Origin: Antedon mediterranea
Lineage: Eukaryota > Animalia > Echinodermata
Assembly (NCBI RefSeq): GCF_964355755.1
Contig: NC_092672.1
Location: forward strand, 10,478,001 to 10,542,000
Direction of reading: 5' to 3'
DNA length: 64,000 bases
Below the pieces are notes generated by a model. It had not been told where the DNA came from and did not search any database. It was given only the letters and a program-made list of their open reading frames with translations. The translations under genes were made by a program, and so were the position numbers. Numbering within the stretch: the first letter of the stretch is position 1; every line of letters begins with the position of its first letter. Of this stretch, positions 12,801-22,600 are shown in pieces.

Positions 12801-15800
12801 ATATATTTGTATACCATTTGTATCATTCTGTAAATGTAAATTGATCATCCTCAAGCTTAACTGGAAATGGCAGCTAGCAGTGCCTACACAAATTAGTATG
12901 ATCTCCTATACTTTCATGTACTGTATATAGTGTATGACATGACAAGGCATAATAAATCCTATGCTGATTTTGGACTTTAGTTATTTCAATCATATGCATG
13001 AACACAATATTCTATCAACAGTATTTTTAAATACAGTACATTAAAATGCTTACCAGAGCTGTGAGAATGCCTATAAGAAATGTCACAACCCAGCGTATAA
13101 ACTCTAAATTCTTGGCTGACCATGATTCTTCTTTTTCTACTAATTGTCTGAAAATAGGACTATCACAGCTATCATAATCAAGACTCTAAAAAACAAAACA
13201 AAATTGTTACTGATAATTAAAGTCTTTAAAGTATGAGTGACAACTATACAACATAAACAGAGATGGATACAGGAGGTTGTCCTTGGGGTGTGTGCTTCCT
13301 CTCTCAAAAAATCCTGGATCTACCCCTAATAAATCTGAAAACAGGTTTTTTCCCCTAAAATGAAAATGAAAGTTCATACATTTTTTCTCATGTCTACATG
13401 TATAGATAGGAGGGGGTGGCATGCCCATGTCCCTTTTCCCCATCCCCTTGCTGGATCCATGCCTCGCGTTAATTCTTAACACAATGTAAAATTAGTTAAA
13501 TTAAATAAATTTAAATGTAATATTATATATGCTTTCACACCAATCCCACCCTTTCCACTTATATTCCAAGTTTCCTGGACTTTCTGCATTCTCACTCCTG
13601 AGGACGATCAAAGTATATTGATCGAAACGTCGAAAAACTCAACAGTTCTTTTCAGAACTAATACAAGTGGTGTACCGCAAACTTTATATCAACATTTGAT
13701 TTCGCCATGCAAACCTTCAAACAATATATGATATTACTGTATGTAATTTAACAAAAAGGCCATGAAAACTCAACTAAAACCATGTATATCCTCGAAATTT
13801 TAGTATTGATGACTTTTTTTTAAATAAAAATAATTTTAAACTGCCTAAATCTTTTAAGCTGACGAGGAAAACACACACATTTTTGTCCTTATAGTTTCGT
13901 TTCGTTTCGTTTATTTATTTTTTCCACTCACTTATATATATATATATATATCATTTACATTTACATAACATAACATATATTAAATGTGGGTGGATGGAAG
14001 TCACAGTAAGTTCACTGAACTTTAAGTCGTGACTCCCGTATGCCTAAGTATACTAACATTGCTACAGAGTAGACTAAAATATGAATATATAATAGTGAAA
14101 GTACATAAAATAAAGAAATTAAAAAAATTTAAATTATAGGAGTTAAGATAAACCAGGCAATTATATAATATATGATAAAAGGGATAATGATAACAATTAG
14201 AGTACAATATGAAATATAATTAAATATGGTATAATAACAAGTATAACGATACAATGTAGCGGAGATTATTGAATAGTGTTATGTCATCACAAATTATGAC
14301 AACCAAAAATAAGTCATACATTTATACCTCATAATCTTTTCTTGGGATATCGTCTTCATCATCTGAATTATTCGCATTGTGTCCTCCAACTAAACTCTGC
14401 AAAGATTTGAATTGAATTGTTTATTAAAATCATAATTCAACAATAACAGTTGGTTCATGCAACAATTGAGAATGAAAAAAACAATAGAGAGAAATGGCGA
14501 ACCGACGTCTAAAATCCGAGTGGGTATAAAATCATAACAAACCGTTGAGGGCGGCACATTTCCTATGTTTATACACGTGAATCATGGCGTCGTCTAACCA
14601 ATGTTGTTGCTGTAACGCTCATAATTCTTTTTCTATTTGTGTATTTAGTCATCCATCATTCGCAATCATATTCCTAAAAATATCTCATATCTATCTGTAG
14701 GTCTACATTAGACTAGGCCTATAGTATTATAGTAGAATGGTCTTATCAAGCATTCATTACTGGCGGTAGCCCCCCGGCAGGAAGCATCACTAGCCACATA
14801 ACAAAATGGCAGTTGTCAAGCTGAAACTAAATGCTAGGCCTACGTCTACTAGAGATGCTCTATTTAGTCTTACTACCTAGCTAGGAGAGGCCTAGCAGCA
14901 CCCTAGCTAAAGTAGTAGTAGTACAGTATGCAATAAAGAATTTCCAATATTATTATTATTATTATAATAACCGATAATCCGTGCTAGGCTCGCTCGAGTA
15001 GGCCTGCTCGAGTAGGCCTACTCGAGGTCAACACAGCATCAGCGAAACTATCTAGGGCCTAGAGCTGGGTACAGTATATAACAAAAACGCGTCTTAATTC
15101 AATCCAAATTGAAATAAAATATGTTAAGATTTGCCCATATAACATTAAAATTGTTAAGGGTGTTGCAAAAAAAAAAGATACTGCTATTATGTGTGTTTTA
15201 AACGTTCTTTTCTAACTACCTTTTCAACTCAACCCATCGGAATTTCCCATACAAAAACATGTGGCGAAATGGTTTGTTTACAATCTATACCCACTCGGTG
15301 AAATTTGAGTGACGTCATCGCGGTTCACCATTTCTCTCTATTGTTATCTCTTATTTAATGAACTCATTAATATGGCGACTATTCATCTAGTTTTGGTTTT
15401 TATATTTAGACAAATTGTCAAGGAAACCATTCACAATCTGTTATTGCCACTACTGTATCTTTTGGAAATTCTTTTAGCTATTTTAAAAATTTGTACCTCT
15501 ATTGAGATCTTCTGAAATACCTAGCAGCATTGTTTCTACAGACATTTGCCTTCTATAGGAACCAAAGGTATCCACACATTTCTGTGAAATGATAACATTG
15601 GTAGGCCATGTAGTTGTGTAATGCAGAGGCCTGAGGCGCTTTTGGCCTTTTTCGACATATTTTAAAGCATAATTTCTTTCTCTCGCCATGCTCAGGGGCC
15701 CCTGTAAGCCTGATTTTAGCCAGTGAGTGCTCATAGCAGTTAAGCCACTGAGGCCATGAGGAATTAGGTTTTGGTCTGCAATGTGTGAAATTCTGCCATG

Positions 15801-16396
15801 TCCTTATGACACCTGTTAACATTAGAATTGATGCGACATATTTACGTATGTGATTATTATAATATGAAAGTTTACAAAAACATGCTGGAAAGAACCCATA
15901 ACATAGTAGGAAAAATACCAGTTCTAAGGCTAATGTGATGTGAATAACGTTAACGATTAATAGTACTGTGTCTGAAGAAAGTTAATAAAGATTAATAAAT
16001 AGTGACTTATTATACTTATTATAGGTCATCTCATACTCATAGAAACATATAATTCATGTTTTCAGTTCCTGTTTCCATTAATTAAATAGTAATACAACAT
16101 ACATATTATTATTAATTAGCAGTATGCTACTTTACTACTCTGAAAACTACTCTACTACTACTAATTAATTAGCTAGGTCCTAGCCACTTTCCATCTCTAC
16201 TATTACTGGCTAGGCCTAGCTAGCTAGATAGGCAGTCGAATCACCGTTTCTGCCTACTTAACTAAACTAGTTAGTAGGCCCTCTAGCTAGGCTAGGTAAG
16301 CTCCCTAAAAGTGTTTACCATTTCAGATTCCGGAGGTTCTTGTCTTCTGCAACATAAAGCACCATCTCTTCCGCAATTTACTTCAGCACTGCTCAT
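776..16396 (-). CDS. CLCN6: H+/Cl- exchange transporter ClC-6, 22 coding exons, 858 aa, complete
   Basis: Exons (minus strand, 5'->3'): 16319-16396, 14328-14396, 13054-13185, 12508-12574, 11744-11850, 10989-11115, 10039-10165, 9844-9890, 9426-9511, 8598-8711, 8332-8492, 7931-8018, 7367-7511, 6864-7017, 6086-6245, 5623-5729, 4701-4881, 4396-4595, 3954-4062, 3455-3565, 2820-2945, 776-856. Phases are consistent and total 2577 nt. CLC signatures GSGIP, GKEGP (gating Glu), FSLEEG (proton Glu), GLFVP and GLYDIH, plus two CBS domains. ClC-6-like segments: [61 protein letters not shown]. Confidence 0.96.
949..1263 (+). CDS. Probable terminal coding exon of an unidentified plus-strand gene (acidic C-terminus), inside the last CLCN6 intron
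   Basis: Acceptor tttgtttacaatttttAG at 947-948 with CTAAT upstream. Open 104-codon purine-rich frame [19 protein letters not shown]...[15 protein letters not shown] at 1261-1263, AATAAA at 1307-1312. Product not recognised. Confidence 0.6.
   Translation, partial: WDESDISRTVDTSKKEELCDEDVMAEIERELGMTVEDFLAADSETIRSPRTAEFMRESRDMEQATENGQLDSDGEVDEEGEIKEEVNGEDNLEEFWQELNIMKA
2537..2608 (+). pseudogene. tRNA-like sequence (tRNA-Pro-like pseudogene or SINE head)
   Basis: 72 nt with A box (TAGTCTAGTGG), B box (GGTTCGAATCC) and anticodon stem CTCGC/GCGAG. Acceptor and T stems have mismatches and the anticodon loop (CCTGTTA) is non-canonical. Confidence 0.7.
5020..5503 (+). repeat. 122-bp tandem repeat x4 with tRNA-derived A/B-box remnants
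   Basis: AGCTCTA recurs at 5020, 5142, 5264 and 5386. Units contain TGGTCTAATA-like and GTTYGAATCT motifs. Confidence 0.85.
6650..6832. mobile_element. Degenerate Tc1/mariner-pogo-type MITE
   Basis: CAGAAGAAACC ... GGTTTTGCTG imperfect TIRs flanked by TA on both sides. Confidence 0.45.
7676..7817. mobile_element. PIF/Harbinger-like MITE family A copy
   Basis: TIR CT(C/T)TGTCTACACTAT...ATAGTGTAGACAGAG and core GACATCATCATGTCCATATATGGGCACATCAC, shared with copies at 18547-18857, 24680-24767, 25645-25720, 28415-28528, 56088-56253 and 60564-60723. Confidence 0.7.
8838..9270. repeat. Intronic minisatellite (~80-bp unit with shorter variants)
   Basis: Recurring AATAGGGTTGRTTGTAGTGTWAAATATATA...GTTTTACTTAATAGGGGTAAAATAGGGG. 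Confidence 0.85.
10211..10555. mobile_element. hAT-like MITE
   Basis: Short imperfect TIRs (CTGCCAAC / GTTGGCAG) and subterminal TGCGTGA repeats. 8-bp direct repeat ACTATGGT on both flanks (10203-10210, 10556-10563). Confidence 0.65.
11200..11492 (-). mobile_element. tRNA-derived SINE with Deu/Nin-like central domain
   Basis: Minus strand: A box TGGCCGAGCGG, B box GGTTCGAGGC, then GGATAAGGACTATAAACCGTAGGTCC...CACTTTAAAGAACC...GAGTAGGGGGTTACCCCG, which resembles the Deu/Nin domain. Related copies at 42350-42702 and 57060-57290. Confidence 0.7.
11577..11716. mobile_element. pogo/Tigger-like MITE family B copy
   Basis: TA|CAGTCAACTCTC...GAGAGTTGACAG|TA. Same family as 39291-39476; remnants near 61700-62415 and 63025-63190. 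Confidence 0.7.
11851..12507 (-). other. U12-type (minor spliceosome) GT-AG intron of CLCN6
   Basis: Donor |GTATCCTTTT. Branch-like TTTTCTTTAAG at 11866-11876, ~14-25 nt from the acceptor. No strong polypyrimidine tract. Confidence 0.85.
13589..13640 (+). ncRNA. Minimal hammerhead-ribozyme-like motif (Penelope-like element pseudo-LTR remnant)
   Basis: CTGAGGA (13598-13604), then C, a GATCAA/TTGATC stem, then GAAAC GTC. A downstream segment is shared with 2717-2759. Confidence 0.5.
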
Positions 16397-16627
16397 ATTA
16401 AAAATATTACAAAAGTATAATTAAAACACAAAACCCGCCTTCCCAATTTAGTCTCTGAGCTAGGAGGAGTCGATCATGTGTTTTTGTTTGTGTGTCGACG
16501 TAGCTCCGCCCACTATAACTATGTATTGGTAATGCTAATAAAAGGAGCGGCCCAACACGAAATATTGTACTACCAATGACTAACATTTAGTATTTTAATC
16601 ATTAAAATTAAAATCCAAAAACACAGC
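16397..16627. promoter_or_regulatory. Bidirectional promoter CLCN6/PUS3
   Basis: Divergent ATGs 231 bp apart. GC boxes (CCCGCC ~16433, CTCCGCCC ~16504), CCAAT boxes in both orientations (ATTGG ~16525, CCAAT ~16573), YY1-like CATGGCGGC at the PUS3 start. Confidence 0.75.
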
Positions 16628-19600
16628 ATGGCGGCGACGACGAAGAGAGAAGGAGTTGGTGTTGACTTTAGCAATACAAATCAAGACAATAACAAGTTGG
16701 ATGATGTTTCAGCTTTATCCAAAGAGGTATAATAATAGTAGCCAATACAATGAGTCAAACATCAGTTTGGTGAATTACCTAACCTTCGAGAGAGACCTAC
16801 ACGGCCTACTATATACTTGCTTGTTGCTAGCTAGCTAGGCCTAACTAGTAGAGGGCTAGCTTATCATCAGTATCTGTTCACTACACATGCCTGATTACTG
16901 ACCCACTTTTGCCCCAGTACGTTCTTCTCTGCTGGTCGTTTCGTCCCAGTTTTTTAAAGTTTTTGTTTTCTTGAAGTTTTAAAGTTTATTTATAATAATT
17001 AGGCTAGGCCTAGTCTCTACTAAAAAATAATTCAATAAAAACAATGTATAAATTGCCACTCATTTAAAAATCTGAAACAACACGCGCACTGCTACTGTAC
17101 TGCTGGCTGTCCTGTGTATGCACGATTTGAACGATTTGCGCAATTTGAACTTGCGCAAAAAATTCCTTGTGCAATTTCAAATTGCGCAATCAACTTGCGT
17201 AATTTCAAATCCTTGCGAAATTTCAAATTGCGCTGCACAATTTGTAAATTGCGCAAGATAGGTCTTGCGCAAAATGACACCTTTGTGCAATTTGAAAACG
17301 AACTGCAAATTTTCACATTGCGCAACAGAATTCTACCAGAATGCGTGCTAACGTCGACGATCGGTTAACAACAATAATAATAATAATAATAATTTATTGG
17401 AAATTAATAACTCAAAATGAAACATAATAAATGCAAAGATAACATGTGTATAACACACAACATAAATGGCATACACAATTAAATAATATTATCACTGACT
17501 GTAACTTGAAATAAATGTAAACAACAAAAATTAATGTAGTGAGTAATACACAACATAGTCTACCACCACCAACGTTTAGACTTGCTATCAAAACATAAAA
17601 ATGACTGATACGTCACAGGCCCGATCTGGAAATGCATTCTGAGCTAGGCCATGTCACATTATAAATAAAACACTGTGGTTAGGATTCCAAAACAACGGAA
17701 CTTAACTGTTCATCTATAGTTACAGAATCTGACATACATACGCTAACGCTGAGACAATTGGGACTTTGGCACTTGTATTTTGTATATAATTATGTGTTTA
17801 TAAAAATTTACATGCATGAGCGATTTTCAATTAATCAATCAATTGCAGCCCAATGTCGGAACCCTACACACAGCAAACAAAAAATAGCTCTATGTAATCT
17901 ACTATAGCTTGAGTAGATGTCTGCTTCTATTTCCACAGGAATTATTAAAGAAGACGAGAGCACTCCAAAACCAAGTTAATCAACTTTTGAAACAAGTGTC
18001 CAAAGATGGCAGTAGCACATCAGCACGTGAAAAGAATCAAGAGGAACGTAGCACGTCTTTGCAGAGGAAAAGATGTTTATCTCCACAAACAGAAGACAAC
18101 ACAAACAAAAAGAAGAAAAAGAAATTGCGTCCTTTTGATTTCAATAAGTAGGTCTTATCTATTTTCTATCATCTTCGAATCCTGTGAATCTGTTCCTCCC
18201 TCTGTTACTGGCAATTTCTTTGGCTTTATTCCAAGATTTCAAACCCAACTATTTACTTTCCTTATCCATCCTTCGATCATTCTCTGTTATACTTTTTGTT
18301 TTGCCTGTCACTGTCAGGTTTTCATGTCATTCTTTTTTATACAATTGTTGTCATCTTCCATTCTTAGCATGCAATTTTTCTAAGTTAATCAATTTCTTAC
18401 CCTTTTTTGCAGATACAATTTAAGGCACGTAGCACTAAGGATAGCCTACCTTGGCTGGGACTACCATGGGTTTGCAAGCCAGGAAAGCACAGAAAACACA
18501 ATTGAGGTATTTCTAAGCAATTTATTTCAAATTTGCCATAGTATAAAGCTTTGTCTAACTATCAAAATAGTTTGACATAAAAAGTGTGATGTGCCCAAAT
18601 ATGGAAGTGATATACCCAAATATGCTAGTGATATGACATCATCATGTCCATATATGGGCACATCACATAAAGTTTGATATTGTAGAAAGAGCTTAAAGCC
18701 TTGTCTACACTATCAAACTTTATGTGACAAAAAAATGTGACGTGCCCATATATGGACATGATGATGTCATATTACTACCATATTTAAGCATATCACTACT
18801 ATATTTGGGCACATCACACTTTTTTTGTCAAACTAGTTTGATAGTGTAGACAGAGCATTAGATTGACCATATTATGTATGTATAATCTGATGCTTGAGTA
18901 GAATTCCACTCCTCCTGACATGTTATTTTCCTTGCAATATTAGTATAATCCCGCCCACTATATTTTCCTAAATTTTATATCCGTGCCCCCTGGAACAATA
19001 ATTGATCATCATATACCATACAATATATTTGAATCAACATCATGTTTCTGGCAACTTGTTTGGCTTTCTCTTTCCTTTTCCACCATCCTTATCTTAGTTT
19101 TTAGACATACTGCTTCCCTTGGCCCTGTTACCATGTCAATGCTGTAAAAATACAATCACAGTCATCTTCCAAAAGGAGCTGCTATTATTTAGTTACTTTC
19201 AATGATTTCAAAATTGCTTTTTTGTTTATTTAGTTTATAGATTAGAAATACCTGCAATGCTCTGGTTTTTAGTTGTTTTAAACAAATTTATAATATAAAA
19301 AAATTGATGATCACTTAAAATGGACCTGAAATGGAATTTCGATTTTCAAGAAATTCACACATGTTATTTAAATGTATCAAATTAACACAAACCCATACAA
19401 ATAAAAACAAAATGTATAGTATTTTGAGTAAAAACGAAATTTTAAGATACCATGGTAAATTAACGAAAATTACTCACGCCATTGCAATATTCTATTTCAA
19501 CGGCCGTCGGAAGCCTCTATATTCACGACGTCACATATACACACGATGATATCGAGAGCGTGTATGCCGCCCGATAGTCAGTGAATGATCGACGGCCTCG

Positions 19601-22600
19601 AAAGATACGCGAAGCGTTGACACTAATACTAATTTATTCAATATCTAATGTTGTTGAAATATAGGTCCCTAAAATGTACTTCGTTTGTTCTAAAACCCGA
19701 ATTTAGAAGGCCTACCTCCCAAACCTTTACTAGGCCTAGGCCCCCAATCCAGCGCGCGGAGTCGATCCACCACCCACATCATATCATGCGGCGAGGCTCC
19801 GTTTCATGTGCATCCAAGGACCAAAGCGATATTTTTTTTCATTTACCAATATCGGTAGTTATTTCATTTATAATTATCATGAAACTATTGAAATATAATT
19901 TAAATAATTTTTATAAAGAAGATGTTAGTTATGTTATTATACTGTAATTTTTTATCCTAAATTATATAATTATATATTCTAGGTTATTTTTATTTTTTAT
20001 TTTTTTAGTAATGTGTTTTGTTGTGGGTCCCTACGAACGAGACAAGTTTTTAACTTCTAGAAGGGATCCATGATAATAATGACTACCAATTACTGCTTTA
20101 TCTATGTTCACTTTAATATCTTTTTTTCCTATTTTGTATATATTCATTCATTATTATCAAAATAAATATTATCTGAATCTGAACAACGTGCTACGCTCAT
20201 TGTCAAGCCAAAGTAAAATATGAATAAAATTCGTTTTCGAACTGCCGGATTTGTGAAAAATAAATTATCATCTCATATTACTAATTTAATTCTGCTAAAC
20301 TAAAAACTAAAGAAACTAACACATTTTAGCAGTATAAATTACGAACGATATACAAAATACACGAACGGAAAATATGGATACGCATCATTGCGCACGGAGC
20401 TGTATCCCGGACAACGTTGCCAGGCCAACTTCGGTATTGCCAGAAAAAAAACGTTGATTTTAAGATTTTAAATCGTCATTTACTCGATGAATAACCGTTT
20501 ATACGGTAATAATTTTATCTAAAAAAATTCTAAATACGTTTCTGCATATGCACAAGCATTTTTTAGAAAATACTCCATAGATTTCAAGAGTTATAGCCAA
20601 AAAACTGCAAATTGTCCATTGGAGGGATAGGAATATATTCGCAAAGTGACGTCACCCGCGAATTTTTTTGATTTTCAAATGGGGCTTTCCCCAAAAGGGC
20701 CAATTTATATTTTGTAACAATATACATTCTAGCAACACCCAATAGCCCCCAAAACATCATTCTAAAATGAAAAAAATCGAAAATCCATTTCAGGTCCATT
20801 TTAATATTCATATAGAAATGTACTTATTTTCCAGGCATATATTTTCGATGCCCTTTACAAAACAAAACTTATGGAAGATCGAGATACAGCGAATTATTCT
20901 CGCTGTGGTCGAACTGACAAAGGAGTGAGTGCTTTCAGTCAGGTAATTGCACTTGACCTTCGAACTAATCTGTTGGAAGGTCATGGGGTCATTCAACGCC
21001 CTGGTGGAACTGCTTCCGAAAGGACAGGTAATGAATAACTTTTTTCTTTTACTGTGGTCGTTCTGTCTCACTCTGTCTCATTCATTGGGGCCTAGTTTGT
21101 TTTTTCTTATTTGAAATTGGCAACATCTTCAGATAGATAAAGTAAAGGACCCAGATAATAATAATAATATCCTGGATTTATATAACGCTTAAAGTTAAGT
21201 GTCGAACATTATTACCCCAGTCATTTTTTTTGTATCAAACATATATGGAAACATACAACCATAATGCAGCTAGTAATCAGCGCCAAGAGTGGATAGAGAG
21301 GCAAACGTAAGTTAGGTACCTTGCCTAAAAGGATACAAGCAATGCGGCAGAGTTGGATTTAAACCACGATCTCGCGATCAGTAGTCCAACATCCAACACA
21401 CTGCACCACATGCCCTTGCGTCATATAGATAGGTCATTGTGGTCTAGGTTATACAAAGACATCTAACAACAGGACACTGAACTCGGCTTGCCAAGATAGG
21501 AACTCGTAACAGTCCTTTGATCTTATGTCTGGCTGCGACAAATACCACAGTACTGTACTATGTACATATTTTTCATGATGCGGAGTGTCTATTAAGGGGC
21601 GTGGAACTGATCGTGTTGCAGCCACAGATAAACCCTTGATCTCCAGAGCTCAGCATCCTGGTTGTTAGATTGTCTTGGTTATACTTGAATATTTTCCTTA
21701 ACCTCCCATTGCCAGTTTAAAGTATAATAATATTTATTTGATGTTTATTTTTTGTTTTTCTTTTAATTGTGAAACTGTCAACAAGTTTGCCTGTGACAAT
21801 GTATTTGTATAAGTATGACTAAAACCATATACTTCTATTTTTTTGTTTACTATTTCAGGTGATAAGGATTCAGAGATTGAGTATGTATCAATCCTTAATC
21901 GTGTTCTGCCACAAGAGATACGTGTACTTGCCTGGGCTCCAGTTGATACAGCTCTAAGCGCAAGGTACCAATATACTTCAAAAGTCATCACACTACACAA
22001 AATGCAGTCAAACACATTTATTTCATTTACCTTTTTAATTGTGGTTTTATTATTATTTTTTGTTTTTTATTTCCTTACTACATTAAGGAATTATCTTCCA
22101 TTCAATAATATATCAGTCCAAAATGCAAAATGAATTGGGTAAATAATTTTTATAATTACAATTAGGATTAATTTTGCTTTAGGAGAACTTGTAAAAAATC
22201 AATTTTCATGAGTGAGGTTTGTATCTGTTATACCACTCTGAGCTTTTTTAATCTGTTGAAACAAGAAATAGAGTTCTGTGATATCATGAATATACAACTT
22301 CTATCATCAAACAAGGAAATTCAATATATATATTTTGTATCATTCAAAATTTGTTGAAATCAAACGATAATAATTGCTTTCTTTTTTTTTCTATATTTAG
22401 GTTCAATACAAAGAATAGAACGTACAAGTATTTCTTTCCAAAAGGGGACCTCAATATTGCGGTTAGTAATACACCTTAGTATTAACCAAATACACTAAAA
22501 AATTATTCAAATTCAACAAACATTTATTTCATCAAATGCCATACAAATAATACAGAGCATAAAATGAGGACCAACCTAAAAGTAACTTGTCTCAATTGTC

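Noticed and set aside
13858-13875. Second hammerhead core CTGACGAG...GAAA
   Set aside because: No stem II or cleavage triplet arrangement; likely chance.
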